This document shows positions 40,111 to 54,200 of a stretch of 64,000 bases of DNA, piece by piece. The translations under genes were made by a program, and so were the position numbers. Source of the stretch: Eledone cirrhosa (Eukaryota); contig OZ024743.1 in assembly GCA_964016885.1 (NCBI GenBank), forward strand, positions 6,262,001 to 6,326,000, read 5' to 3'. The notes beneath the pieces were generated by a model. It searched no databases, was not told the DNA's origin, and saw only the letters and a list, made by a program, of their open reading frames with translations. How positions within the stretch are numbered: the first letter of the stretch is position 1; each line of letters starts with the position of its first letter.

Positions 40111-42420
40111 TAATAATAATAATAATAATGAAATTATTGTGTAAAGTGCTCAGGTGCACTACAACTCATCAAAGGTGCATGTATAGTACATAGAATAATT
40201 GTTTCTACTTTAGGCACAAGGCCAGCAATTACCCAGTGCATTACTGGTACTTTATTTTATCGACCCCGTAAGGATGAAAGGCAAAGTCAACCTCGGCGGG
40301 ATTTGAACTCAGATCGTAAAGGGACGTAACTATGCTGGAAAGCATGGCGTATAGTGCATAGAATAATACACAAAGGTCAGGGAAGTAAATAGTGTATGAG
40401 TCTTATATACATGTGTGAGTGGAGGGGGAATATTAGGTGTAGTGTTGGCGAATCTCGGGAAGCATGGAGGTTTTAAAGAATGCAGTGTCTCCACAGCTAA
40501 CAACTGATGCAGGTAGTTTGTTCCATGCTTCAGCAACTCTGAGCGTGAAATAATGTTTCCGAAAGTCATGGGAACTGTGCTGTTTTCTGACTTTGTGGGC
40601 ATGCCCACGTGTGTTAGACACATGGAAATGAAAAAGATACTCAGGGTTGTTGGCAAGATGGTTAATAATTTTGTGGGTGTTTACCAAGTCAGTTGAGAGA
40701 CGTCGGAGCTTCAATGTATCCATGCCCAGGGAAGCAAAGCGCTCAGAGTATGGTAGATGCCTGATGGAGGGTATTCGCTTGGTTGCACGTCTCTGAACAG
40801 TTTCCAGGCGGTCAATGTTCTGAGCAAGATAGGGGTTCCAGACTGGTAATGCAAATTCTAAGTGTGGCCGCACCATAGCTGTATACAGCCTTAAATAGAT
40901 ATCTGGAGAGCGGCTGACAAAGGTCTTGCTGAGTGATGCTAAGACACCCTCGGCCCTCTTGACAATTTTAGAGATGTGCTTCGTCCAACGCAAATCGCTG
41001 CTGACTGTAATGCCCAGGTCACGTTCACAAGGAGACTTCTTGATATTAGTGTTGTGGAGGGATTATGTGGACGCTGGGTTTTTACTCCCAAAATGCATGG
41101 TGGTGCACTTGTCCACAGCTAGCTTGAGTTGCCAGTCTGTGATCCATTGTTGCATTGTGTCCAGGTCAGATTGCAGGCAAGATCTATAGTGTTCAGGATC
41201 TGTTCTTTTTATCTCAAGGTACAGCTTGATGTCATCTGCATATTTCAGTACTGTGGCATTCTTTAAGTTGGCATCTATGTCATTAATATATGCCACAAAC
41301 AAAAGGGGGCCAAGAACAGATCCCTGTGGTACACCAGATGACATCTCATATGGTGAGGAATGCTGTCCTAGAACCATGACTACCTCTCTTCGACTGAAAA
41401 TGAAGGATTTCAACCAGTGAAAAAGATCATCCTTCACACCCATTGCAGAGAGTTTTGCCATAAGCCTTTTATGTGGCACAGAATTGAAAGCTTTAACAAA
41501 GTCAAGATAAACAACATCCACCCATGAGCCGCCATCAGTGATCCGGGTGATGTCTTCAAGAAACTCGATAAGTTTATCACAGCAGCTGGAGTTAGGGATA
41601 AATCCAAATTGCAAGGGCCGGATAAGACTGTGAGAGTTCCAGAAGTTCCAAAGTGTTTCTCTGACACAGGATTCCATCAGTTTGGCAATGCAGCTAGTAA
41701 GACTGACTGAACGATAGTTCACAGGTGATGTGCGGTCACCCTTTTTGAACAGAGGAATGACACTGGCAGTTTTCCACTGTTCTGGAGTAGCACCGTTGTT
41801 CAGACAGAATTGGAAGAAGCGTGATAGCTGGTGTAGAAGGAAGTACCCACCACGTTTGAGAAGCAGGTACGTAACACCATCAAGACCAAGTTGGTTGCGT
41901 TTATTTTTAAGGTGACGTTGCAGCATTGCAGGTGTAAATTCCATGGTTGTAATAGAGTCCGGTGTCATAGGTGGTGGAGATGGTACACTCTGGTCTTCAA
42001 TAGTGAAAATGCCTGCATAGCATTCAGCAATGAGCTCTGCACATTCCTTGGGGTCGTCAGTAACCTGGCTTGTGTGGGGATTGCGAAGAAGACCAACTGG
42101 AGAGCGAGGCCTCTGCTTTGAGTGAACATACTTCCAGAACACCTTACTGTCAGGGCTGGTTGCTATGCGCTGCTTAAATTGAAGCACTGCCTTTTTTGTC
42201 ACCTGTTTGAGATGGTTGGATGATTTATTTCGCCTCTTCCTATTAATATCTGATTTATGCAGTTTGTACTCACGTTCAGCATTACAACGTTCTTTTCTGG
42301 CAAGATGGACTGCTGCAGTCTCCCAAATTGCACTTTTGGGATGTTTTTCTGCTTACATGGCACCGATGCTGCACATGCTGTCCATATTGAGCTCAGGATG
42401 TTCTAGAGCATGGTGTTGAC
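40111..42420 (-). mobile_element. CR1-clade LINE, 5'-truncated, frameshifted RT ORF
   Basis: ORFs 41063..42202 (VVYLDFVKAFNSVPH, GVPQGSVLGPLLF, KYADDIK) and 40433..40993 (LYTAMVRPHLEF..VWNP, LETVQRRATK, NTRGH); (ATT)n tail. Confidence 0.93.
40200..40350 (-). mobile_element. 5'-truncated SINE-A nested in the CR1 3' UTR
   Basis: TSD atagt(a/g)catagaataat at 40183-40199 and 40351-40367; empty site visible in the 34240-34410 copy. Confidence 0.88.
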
Positions 42421-44341
42421 ATCTCCAGAGTCGTAGAATTCAAGCCAGCTAACACTATGTCTGAAGTATGTAGAGAAGGTATATTCCACAGCACAGTAGA
42501 CCAAGGCCCAAGTTTGTTAACCTCCTCATAGTGGGCCCTGGAAACTGATCACTGATCTGACAGGCAACAACCGGAAACAACAGCTACAAATCAACAGTAT
42601 TAACAAACAATATCATCATTATTTAACGCCAACTTTCCATGTTAGACAGGTCATGCTACGTGACTAGACAGGTCAGATGACCATGTTCCTCATACATTGT
42701 TTTTGACATGGTCTACAGCTGGATGCCCTTCCTAACACTAACCACCTTATGGGGTAGGCTGGGTAGTTTTTGCCGTTGTTACCAGCATGACTATGTTGTG
42801 GCACCAGTAGTACCAGCTTATAGGGTGGACTGCTTAGTTTTTGTCATGGCACCAGCACAACTAGCTTACAGAGTGGACAGAGTGGTTTTTGGTGTGGCAC
42901 TAGCACAATCACCTTACAAAGTGGAACAAGTGGTTTTTGTTGTGGCACCGGTATGCCCCCCTCCCCTATACAAAAGTTATAAGAAAACAATACATCCTGT
43001 ACGGTGGTTAGCAGTAGGAAGAGCATCCTGCTGTAGAAACCAAACCAAAAAGCTCGAAAGGACTCTTTAGTTGTGTGAGGCACGTGACAACCTCCTTATT
43101 GTTGGTGATATACACAATAAATGCACCCACTACACTCTGTAAAGTGGTTGATGATAGGAGGGGTAACCAGTCGTTAAAAAAACTGGCTAACACAAGTGGT
43201 CATGGGACTAATTGACACGGTAAAATGCACTCGGCGGAGCGCAGGATCGTATGTAAGCGAAACGCAAGCTCCCGGCCAGTCTAAGAGCTCTGCTTGAAGA
43301 CCTTGCTAGCAAGGAAAACGGGCATTGAATGATGAAAATCCGGTAACTCTGGCAAGTTTCTTACACTTGTTTTGCGACCTAAAATAAGATTCAACATGAT
43401 ATTGTACTCCTGAAAGTAATTCACTATACCCCCCCTCTTTTTTTTGTAAGTTTCCCATAAATTGTTCAAATAATTCAGGGGAGTCAACTCGCATGGAGTT
43501 AACGAGGGGAGGTAATTTGTCATCAATAACAATGAATACTCAAGAAATATGCAAGGAATAAAGAACGAATACTAATTTAAGTATTCAAAAATAAAAATAA
43601 ATAAATAACGCGAAAGAATTGTTAACTATTTTAATTATTCTGACGAGATTACTGAACGAAATAATTTTAAAATGTTAGCTTTCGTAAAAAAAAAATAAAA
43701 TAAAAATATTTATATTCCAGTTATGAGCAACTATAAACATTGAAATTCCAATATCTAATATTTAATGTGAAATTTTTAAAATATTTCTAATGAGTTTATA
43801 TTACTAAATCAAGTTCTCATTAATTTAACAAAAGAGACTAAAATTGTGAGAATGGGACCGTGTAATCAATAACTTCGACGAAAACGTTTTGTTTCGTGAG
43901 ATTGCAATGATTATACATTTGAAATTAATAAGTAATGTCAAAAGTAAATTCATCATATTCGTTTAGAAGGTAAACGGCTAGAGTATCATGTGAAAATATA
44001 ATGTTAGAAGAAGCAAAGAAAATGTTACTGGAGAACGTGCATAGTATAACACGGAAAAGTTTTACTGATTTTAGTTTGAAGTAATGATCGGTTATTTTGT
44101 TTATGTTGAATGATGGATAACTTTATTTTTATGCCTTATATACTAAAATATGTGGCAAAATTTCTTATAAGATCTGAAATAGAGAATAATCTAACAAAAG
44201 GTTTATCGTCAGGCTTATATGTTAAAATATCGTACACCCTTTGTTGACATCATAAACGATACACCACAGAGTTTAAAGTTTACAAGGATATGAATTAAGA
44301 TACACAACTACCGAATGGAATAAAACAAAGATAAAACTTAC

Positions 44342-44428
44342 TAAAGCCCGCTCTTGTGTGCTTTTACAATATGAATAAGGTGTATTTGATGTTTCTGGTC
44401 CAGTAATTCGTTTATTGTCGGTAGGCAT
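44342..44428 (-). CDS. EXOSC6: Exosome complex component MTR3, coding exon 1 (MPTDNKRITGPETSNTPYSYCKSTQERAL)
   Basis: ATG at 44428-44426; donor GTAAGT after 44342; phase 0; N-terminus resembles MTR3 MPxDxxRIxGPE motif. Confidence 0.9.
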
Positions 44429-44984
44429 GATGCACGTGTTGTTGCACCTTGCAATTTTCTATTAGAGAGTTCCATAGTCAAAGTAAAGCTATTCACAAAA
44501 TACGAAACAAAAACCTATGGAATTGACGAACTAAATGTGCTTTTTGATAATTAAGTATTATTGGAAATATTGATTTCTAATTTTGATACAGGACCAGTAA
44601 ATTTGATGGAGTGTCGAAGCTGATTAAATCACGCCTGCTGGTCTTAATTAAATTTAACGCTTTGTGTTTTTATGATTCAAAACTGTTTTAAAGTATTTAT
44701 ATTTATCTAAAAACTTTCAGTCATAATTTTATATAAGATACCTTGTTGGAAAAATAGCTATATTACTAAATCCTTCCAGATTCTTGATTATTTTCAAAAT
44801 GATTTTAAAATCATAGGCAGTGTCTTTCATTAGAAATAGGATAATGAATTTGTGCTGAGAGTTTTATTTATTTGCAATTTTGTAGCAAGACTAAGCTTAA
44901 TGCATTTGACATTTTATATTACAATATCCATTATACTGTTGAATTTATTTCAAATAAGAATTTTTGAAATTGTCAGCAAATAAT

Positions 44985-45170
44985 TGTTTCTACTTTAGGC
45001 ACTAGGCCAGCAATTACCCAGTGCATTACTGGTACTTTATTTTATCGACCCCGTAAGGATGAAAGGCAAAGTCAACCTCGGCGGGATTTGAACTCAGATC
45101 GTAAAGGGACGTAACTATGCTGGAAAGCATGGCGTCCGACCCTCTACCGATACTGCCAATCCACCGCCCT
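44985..45170 (-). mobile_element. Full-length SINE-A with ~18-bp TSD, next to an older copy (45190-45335)
   Basis: TSD aaattgtcagcaaataat at 44967-44984 and 45174-45191. Confidence 0.9.
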
Positions 45171-45975
45171 TTAAAATTGTCAGCAAATAATGGTTTCTGA
45201 TTTAGGCACAACGCCAGTAATTTGGGGTGAGGGGAAAGTCGATTAAATCGATCCAGTGTGTGACGCGTATGGATGAAAGGCAAAGCTAACCTCGGTGGGA
45301 TTTGATCTCAGAACGTAAAGGTACGTAACTCTATTGTACGAAAACTAACTTTTCATATTTCCAATAATCACACAAAGAAAACAAACAGTCAGGGGCTGTA
45401 TAACATCAGTAATGCCCTGACTAGTTTAACTGCCACATAAATACTGTTGTGATTCCACAGTAGAGACATGCCATTTTCACCTGATGTTAGGCCACCTCTC
45501 CTGGCATGCCACTCCCAATGAGCTTATTAAGCATGATTCAGATGCAGCTAGAACAGGCAGGGTTACACCTAGGGCCAGATGGCACTACAACCTTTCCATT
45601 TTACAGTGATAAGCTCCTCATCTGGAACATGACCTACAGTGATACTTTCTCCTGCAGCAATTTGGTGAATACAGGTTATGTTGGGTGACAAAGTATCAGC
45701 CATTCTCTGATAGGTTTATCATTGAATCTATAGCAGTGGAAATATCAGGCTGTCCTGGATTCCGGAACAATGTCCCCACTTACTAGATTGGCCTTTTTAG
45801 CAAGTCTCCTTTGCTATTATTCTCCATAGTAATTCTTTTGCTATTCTGCCCATTGAAAAATGAAGCAATATCCACAGGTTTGGCACTTCAGAGAGACAGA
45901 AAAGACAACCAAAACAGGTGATAACTTTACAGTGGTTGATTCATCTTGTTATGAGTTACTCTCGCTCTTTCTCTT

Positions 45976-46020
<45 letters not shown>

Positions 46021-46159
46021 GCATGCACACACATGAGTTCGGTTGGTCTCACTTGGGGATCCAGTCGTATTGGTTGGAGTTGGCTGCTTCTGACAGGACC
46101 CTCTGGAATATATATATGTGCGTGTGTATATATATATATACACACACATATATAATGGC

Positions 46160-46515
46160 CTAATCCAGTCAAATTCCAGGTCAGACCGGATCGGGTCAAA
46201 CCAGATCAGATCTGCCTGGATTGGATCAGACTGGATCAGACCAAACTGAATCGGATCAAACCAGATCAGATTAAATTGGATTGTATCAGACCGGATCAAA
46301 TCAAACCAGATTGGATCAGACTGGATTGAATCAAACCAGACCAGATCAGGTTGGATCGGATTGCTCTGGGCACAATTGTACCGGATTGGATCAGATCAGA
46401 TCAGATTTGATTGCTTCAGACCAGATTGGGCCAAATCATATCAGTTTATACCAGAACAAAATGGTCCGGATTGGATCAAAATGGGTCGGGTCAGATCAGA
46501 CTGTATTGGATACAT
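46160..46515. repeat. Degenerate pentanucleotide satellite (GATCA/GGATT/GACCA/AACCA-type units)
   Basis: 5-nt periodicity over ~350 bp. Confidence 0.85.
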
Positions 46516-47049
46516 GATGGTTGCATCTCAATTTTGAGAATTGCCATTACTTCATCCTTTTCTCTCACATAGGTGGCACAAACGTTACTTTTTAGCCCTG
46601 TCAATGACTTACATTACTTTCTACACATGCTGCAGCAAAAGAATGGGCCATGCACTGGACCAATCCCTCTCCATGAACAATTGTGACAGATGTCAAAAAG
46701 ATGAATAGGTCATCATCATTGGCTGCTATCGAGTTGCAGGTTTTACGCCAGAGTTTCTCTATTCAATTCAGGAACAGGAAATCCACACTTACTGCACAAA
46801 AGAGGAAAGTCATAAGTTGACAATAAATGCTGGCTGTGCAAAACAAAGACCAAAGATGTTAGCCACATTATTGCCAACTGTGTAAGAATGTCTTCTTGTT
46901 ACTACCTTCTTGTGAGGTATGATATGGCAGCCAGAACAATCTGGAATGCATTACAGAAGACAAAAATAACAATAGGGAGGGATATGTTGAAACTGATGGC
47001 TCAAAGGAATATTGGTGGAACCTAAAAATAAAAATTGCCATCAAATTAA

Positions 47050-48310
47050 AATACAATCAGCTTGGTGTTGTTGTTTGGGACTATACACTGTTGTAGAAGT
47101 CAGTGGTCCACTCAATGTCAATGTAGTAAGAAACATACAAGAGAAGGAGGATAACTACAGGCCATCGATGAAGAGTTTGCAGATCCAGTAACCAAGATAG
47201 ATGTTCAATTTCAAACCTATTATTATTGAAGCTACAGGATATCTACCATCCCACCTAGACCAAAGTATGACTGAACTTGAATTTGTGAAGAAAGAACGCT
47301 CCTTAACCTTATAAAATACAAATGGCCATATCTAGAATCTTCAAAATCTGTAAAACATTCTTACAATTCAAAGGACAAATGATTGCACAAGGAACAACGG
47401 AATATTTTCTTTTTTTTTTACCCTTGGTACTGCAAAGGAGGCCATTTGAAAATATACTCAAAATTATGAGAAATAGACAGCATACATACTCAATCTCTGT
47501 AAAAGATACCTCAACAGAAGATCAGGTTGTTGGCTCTGTGAGAGAAATGTATGGGATGGGAAAGAAACGATGAGTTCCACATGCAAGCTGTATGGTGTAA
47601 AAAACTAGAGCAGGGTTACTACAAATTTGTTGAACAAAGGTTGTATAAAATAGACAACAGAATATGCTGGAAACAACCCTACAGAAAGTGGTGAACACAA
47701 AATCTTCAACACAGATTCATAACTAGAATCTCATCTTTTATCAGCAAGTTTTGATAAGATTGTATAGAAAGAGTATCAGGGGCATGCAGAAACTAACTGA
47801 ATGGTTATCAACTGCCATTAGTCTCCTTATCTTACCAAATAGTCAGACCATTCATGTTTAAAATAACCACCCAATAGCTTGCTAGAAAATCATGTATAAA
47901 TTATACACTGGGTCCCTCAGTCTGTTCTTGCAGGATCATTGAACCAAAGTCCTAAAACCATAAGTAGCTGTTATCTAATGTTGGACCAAGATTTGATACA
48001 ACACTTTGCTTCTTAGTGATGATAAGTAGCAAATTGAGTTTGATACCATACACTGCCAAAAAAGGCATCTTGCAAGGCAATAGCTTGTCAGTTCTGCTCT
48101 TTGTTCTCTTGCTAAACCCACTATTGTATCTGCTCACAAAACTAGAGGTCATAAAAATTAATTCAGAAATAATTCTTACCTTTTCTTTGTCAACAATCTG
48201 AAGTTGTATGGGACAAATATCAACCACATCAAAAAGGACCTCATTACCCAATTTTTCACAAACACTGGAATGAAATTTGATGAGTCCAAATGTGTATGTT
48301 TGGTGTTGTG
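47050..48310 (+). pseudogene. Remnants of an RLE-type (R4/Dong/NeSL-like) non-LTR retrotransposon
   Basis: KKGILQGNSLSVLLFVLLLNPL (RT motif) in ORF 48016..48201; decayed VEVSGPLNVNVV..QEKEDNY..FKPIII.ATGYLP endonuclease-like segment at ~47090-47250. Confidence 0.6.
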
Positions 48311-48585
48311 TTAATACAGACAGTTTTAAATGGCTGCTTTGTGCTGATATATTCTATTGTTATGTCAGCATGTTAGATAATGTATTTATTTAGCAATTTC
48401 CCTTTCAAAGGGAAAAGCTTCATACAACAACAATTGAGTGTAAAATCTCATAGGTTTCTCATTGGCTTTGTTAACTATCTTCAGACCAATGAAATAAACA
48501 AATTCAACATTTGAATGTACTTTGTGCTATTAACTATTATAGCCACCAGTATTTTGCTCTGTAACGTCTAATGAAATTTGTTTTT

Positions 48586-49737
48586 CATCATCATCATCAT
48601 CACCGTTTTACGTCCGTTCTTCCATGCTAGCATGGGTTAGATGGGTTGTCCTGTTGTGGGCAGTGTCTGGTCGGCTGACCACGCCTTGCTCATACAGGAA
48701 CTGATTTGGCTTGATTTCTACAGCTGGATGCGCTTCCTAACACCAACCTCATTTACAATGAGTGCTGGGTGCTTTTTCGTGGCGCCTACACGTCCACTTT
48801 ACAGTGTGGGCTGGGTGCTTTTTGCCGTGGCACCTCCACGACCACCTTGCAGTGGGAGGGTGTGGGGGCATATTGTCTATATGCTTCAGCTTGTACTCAT
48901 GGGAGGTCAGGTACTCTGTATTACTGCGTGATGCCAGAGGTCACGGTTGTGTGTCATCGCCTTTGAGAGGTATAATTGGGTAAGGTCGGCTTTTATCACC
49001 TCATCCCAGGTCATCTTGGGTCTCCCCACTCCACGATTTCCATCGACTTCTAGTGCTCTGCACCTTTTTATGCAGCTGTCATCCTTCATACGCATCACAT
49101 GCCCATACCAACGCAACCGCCTCTCCTGCACACAGCATTTGATTCCTCTTATGCTCAGTCTCTCTCTTAATTCATTTATGCTTTGTCGGTCGCGTATATT
49201 ACTATTACACATCCATCGGAGCATGCAGGCTTCGTTTCTCTCTAATCTACGTAAGTCTTCCACCTTCAGTGCCCAGGTCTCACTACCATGCAACATCGCT
49301 GTTCGGATACACGCATCATACAGTCTGCCTTTCATTTTGAGGGAGAAGCCTTTTGCAGCTAGCAGTGGTAGTAGTTCCCTAAACTTCTTCCATCCCGTTC
49401 TTACCCTAGTTATTGTACTTTCTGAACACCCACCTCCGCTGCTAATTCGGTCACCTAGGTAGCAGAAGCTGTCTACTGTTTCTACAGAGCCCTCCCAGAG
49501 ATTGGTGGTACTTGTTTCCTGTGGCTGTTTGCTGCTTGCTGTCCCAGCACAGCTGCTGCATGTGAAGCCTACATTCTTAATTAAGCTTCCTGAGATCCCG
49601 CTACATCTCTTGTGTACCCATTGTTTGCATTTGGGGCAGAGAATGGAGTTCCTACCTACACCTTTCCTACATACTGAGCAAGGCCATTTCCCTGAGGGGA
49701 TCTGGGTTCTGTCTTCTCGTCTACTTACAAGGACCTT
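48586..49737 (-). mobile_element. RTE LINE 3' portion with PHD-type finger (related subfamily)
   Basis: ORF 48907..49803 from KVLV onward aligns to the C-terminal half of 21428..23089; (ATG)n tail. Confidence 0.93.
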
Positions 49738-50463
49738 TTCATATAATACATATTTCCATAGTATTTCAGTGTAATTGTTTAACACCTGGTTAACTCTGAT
49801 CAACCGGACCTATAATCAAAAGCATTTCAAGAATGGTCATCCCATCTTTCATGAGATATAGTTTATTTAAAATAATAGGATGTGATTTGAGGTCGATTTG
49901 ATTGTTATATTTATCAAATTGAGCAACCAAGCAGATACTCAGTAATATTTCCTGTAGCTCACCTAACATATACAAAATGAAAATGCTTAAAAAATATCAA
50001 ATGTTAAGACAAAATAAAAAATATCTGGTTTCATAATCATTAACTTCTATAGTTTGAGATAACATAATGGACACTTAAACAATCAATCAAACCAGCAAAA
50101 CAAACTTAGACAGCAAATTATTCAGTAGTTGGATAGGATGAATGTGGAGAATGTTGTTCAAAATAATAAAAATGGCAACTAAAATATAAAGAAAAACTGC
50201 CTTCTTCCCTCAAAAGATGAGACCAAAGGGATCAAAGTTAGTACCCACTACTTTGTTACATGTTGTTATTTTAACCCAATAAAGCTGTGATCCAGTAGAC
50301 CATTCCAGTGAAGTCCATCTTGCCATTTATTTCAGACATGAGGGCCCTCTCAAATTCACCCTCACCACCACCACAACCTGATACCTGCTCTCATTCTCTC
50401 CTTCAAAAAATTAAAAGTATCTGAATGATTCTCTGAGATATTTCATTGAAAGTATTTGGGAAA

Positions 50464-50840
50464 TCATCATCATCATCATCATTTAACGTCCATCTTCCAC
50501 ACTTGTATTTTTGTTAAGAGGTGCCTACTGACTGTAGGTTTTGCTTTGTACTTAGGCAAGGCGGGTCTTCTGTATTACTGTGACATTGTCTTGGAGAGGT
50601 GTAAGTGTGTGAGGTCGGAATTTATCAAGTCGTCCCAGGTTTTTCTGGGTCTGCCTACTCCGTGGCTACCGTCTATTTTTATCGCCCTGCACTTTTTTAT
50701 ACAGCTGTCGTCTTTCATGCGCATCACGTGACCATACCAACGTAGTCTTCTCTCGAGTAAACAACATCTGATCTCTCTTATTCCTAATTTCTCCCTTAGT
50801 TCATTTATGCTTTGCCGTTCACGTATATTACTATTACACA
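50464..50840 (-). mobile_element. Short RTE 3' fragment with internal deletions
   Basis: ORF 50575..50841 nearly identical to the C-terminus of 21428..23089. Confidence 0.88.
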
Positions 50841-51085
50841 ATATTGTGAAATATGTGACTCAAAGTGTCTGAAAAATTCTATGGAATATGTGATTAGAAA
50901 ATTGATACCTGACATCAAATCTGACTAAAAATGGCTAAAGGGATGAAGCTATTTAAAATATGGTGGTGTGTTAAATAAATTGTATGCTATATGGAAGACA
51001 AGATTAACATTACATGCAGAACCCATCGTCTGGGAGAAAAGAATTGTCAGCTTTTTAAAAGGAACTTAATGTAGTACAAAATTTA

Positions 51086-52080
51086 TACAAGAGTGCAGCA
51101 AGTATGATATGGTTGAATGGGAAATTATCCGCAAAAAAAAATAATAAAACACTTATGACCCAGTCTCCACTAAGTGGATATTACATTTTTTTTTTATTTT
51201 CTGTATGCATGTCTGAGGGGATGAGTAGAGTGGGATATTATTATAAGTACAGATATTGTATGTTTCATATATACTTTATAAATAGTTTGGGTAGTATTTT
51301 TGTTACATTCCCTTTAAGAACATATTTGTTTTATATTGTATTATTTTGTTGGGCCATCAGTCATATTTTTTCAGCAGCAGCATTAGAGCAACCTCCATCT
51401 ACTTTTGTTATGAACAAAACAAAGAGTTACATTGTTATACTGTTCTAATTATTCATTTGATCACATTTAGGATTTAAAGTTATGAAACTTTATAAGTATT
51501 AATTTCATTTCTATCATTATATTTTAACTCTTTATATTATTACCTGAACTTATATTATTACCTGAGTAATTATTACTTATATTATTACAAGAGTGCAGCA
51601 AGTATGATATGGTTGAATGGGAAATTATCCACACACAAAAATAATAATAAAACACTTGTGACCCAGTCTCCACTAAGTGGATATTACATTTTTTCTTTAT
51701 TTTGTGTATGCATGTGTATGAGGGGATGAGTAGAGTGGGATATTATTTTTCAAGTACAGATATCGTATGTTTCATATATACTTTATAAATAGTTTGGGTA
51801 GTATTTTTGTTACATTCCCTTTAAGAACATATTTGTTTTATATTGTATTATAATACCTTATTTTGTTGGGCCATCAGTCATATTTTTTCAGCAGCAGCAT
51901 TAGGGCAACCTCCGTCTACTTTTGTTATGAACAAAACAAAGAGTTACATTGTTATACTGTTCTAATCATTCATTTGATCACATTTAGGATTCAAAGTCAT
52001 GAAACTTTATAAGTATTAATTTCATTTCTATCATTATATTTTAACTCTTTATATTATTATCGGAACTTATATTATTACCG
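51086..52080. repeat. ~500-bp tandem duplication
   Basis: tacaagagtgcagcaagtatg at 51086 and 51586; copies align throughout with small indels. Confidence 0.95.
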
Positions 52081-52499
52081 GAAAAAATCTCTCTCAAGTA
52101 TCCATAGAAAATTTTAGTTGTTTTTTGTTATTTAGAACCCTGATCTTTATTGTTGATTACCTTGCAATTTTTTAAAGAAATTCTGTCACCTCTTTACGAG
52201 TAAATGGAGGTAAAGCCAAATGATTGGGTGAAAAAGTTTTTAGTTTAAAGAACAATGCAGGTAAGGTGTTAGCCATGATTAGCATAGACACTAAATGAAA
52301 GGATATAATGCATATTACTTTTCAAAGTAAATCTATCCCTGAACATGACATTACTATGTCACTCATTCCTTCCAGAGACACAAGGTAGAACCTTAAGTGA
52401 AAACAACTTTACTTCTCTTATATGATAGGGGTATGCTGAAATTCAGGAAAACAGGTAGAAGTGGATCAAATGCTGTCAGTGCTAGTGATGGTTGATGAT

Positions 52500-54200
52500 G
52501 GCTACAACAGATTGTAACCTTCAATTGTCTTAGAAGCACCCATTTCTAAGGACCTGATGTGCTTCAATGCCACCATTGCAGCCTTTAACAAAGCAAGATA
52601 AGCTAATGAGGGACAGCTGGAAGAATATGGCAGTGATTACAGCTTCTTTTGGAATGGAAACTACCAGAGTGTGGCACTTACATGGAGTGTGCTTTGTGAC
52701 CTACAAAGATCTGATATGGTTATATGGTCTACTTATTGGCACTTTAATGGAAGATTGATGACTCTCTATTTAAAACAGACATGCAAGAGTCATCAGTATG
52801 TATGCACCCATACTTGATGTAGACATAGATACCTAAATAGTGAAAATAATGTGCACAAAGGAGAACTTGCCAGCAAGTTCAAAAATAAACACATGCAATG
52901 AAGAAAAATTGGTGGAAGGTAAAAGCACTTGAAATCAATGATTGCATGAATGACATAAGAGTTTTATTAAGAGCAATTCAATCAATCTAAAATCCCAGTA
53001 CAAGAGGTCCAATACCCCTAAGATTCAAAGACAAACAACTACCATCAACTGTTAAAAAGAGTATTCTGAAGATTTGTTTAATCATGACTGTAAAGCCAAC
53101 AATCATTGTACAAAGGCCAAAGCTAATCAACTTAGATGCATCACTAGATTTACTGAGACCCCCCCCCCCCCCCCAAAAAAAAAGCAATCTAAAAACAATA
53201 GGATTCTGACTAAAATATATAAACTGGGAATTAAACTTTAACAAAAATGATCTATGTACTGTTTTTGCTAATCTGGATGTAAGAAGAGATACAAGCTGAT
53301 TTCAAAGATGAAATCCTTATTAAGTCTCCAAGAAGAAAGAAAAACCAGACTGTGGAAACTGTAGGGAAATCTCACCTTTATCAATTGCTTGAACAATTCT
53401 GGTTAAAATCCTGCTTAACTGACTCAATCGACTAACATGAAATATGAAATATTGTACCACTCTTCCATAACATGTCAGTTAGTAGAGAGAGCACTGGAGT
53501 AAGACAAGGTTATATAATTGCTTCTATTCTCTTTTTGATTTTCTTCTCAGCAATGCTTGAGATCATTATGAAGTGATTATCACATGGTATCCAATTCTTA
53601 CACTACACAGATTGTTTAAATATTCAAATATGGCAGACTCTGTGCCAGAACAAAAACTATGACTGCATTTGTTATTAAACTGCAGTATGCAGACAATGCA
53701 GCAGCTACAGACCAATATTTCAATGATGCATGTAAAAGCATGGAACAAACTCCCAAAATAAGTAAAACAAAGTCTTGCATCAACAAGTATTCAACAAATA
53801 AGAACCTTGTCCAACCATTTGAGTACACGGAGAGACTGTGGAACAGGTAGAGCACTTCCAGTATCAAGATGGTCACCTATCACAGAATGCAGGTATTGCG
53901 GAAGAGATCCAATATCAGAAAAATGTGCCATGGCAACCTTTGGTCACCTGAGAAAAGTATGTGAAGGTTATGGTCTATGACAGGTAAACAAAGGCATGAT
54001 AGTAAGGCAGTTAGTGTACCCACAGGCCCATATGACAAGTTATTAACATCTCTATAAGTCAGAAATATACCATAGTAGATGTCTGAGAAAAATCATAAAG
54101 ATCTACAGGCAGATCAGATGGAAGAAAATCAGTGTGCTTGAAGAAGCCAGTATTCCTTGCATTAAAACTATGGTTACAGAGTCATCTTCAACTATGGATG
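52500..54200 (+). pseudogene. Highly decayed RTE-like LINE remnant
   Basis: Decayed HGVCF (APE), GVRQG, LQYADNAA and TFGHL segments in LINE order. Confidence 0.55.

Noticed and set aside
43614-43655. CTGACGA...CGAAA motif in EXOSC6 intron 1
   Set aside because: Stems I, II and III pair poorly; consistent with chance.
49790-49975. 61-aa minus-strand ORF after an acceptor-like ttag, possible last exon of an upstream gene
   Set aside because: No recognisable domain and no partner exons could be linked.
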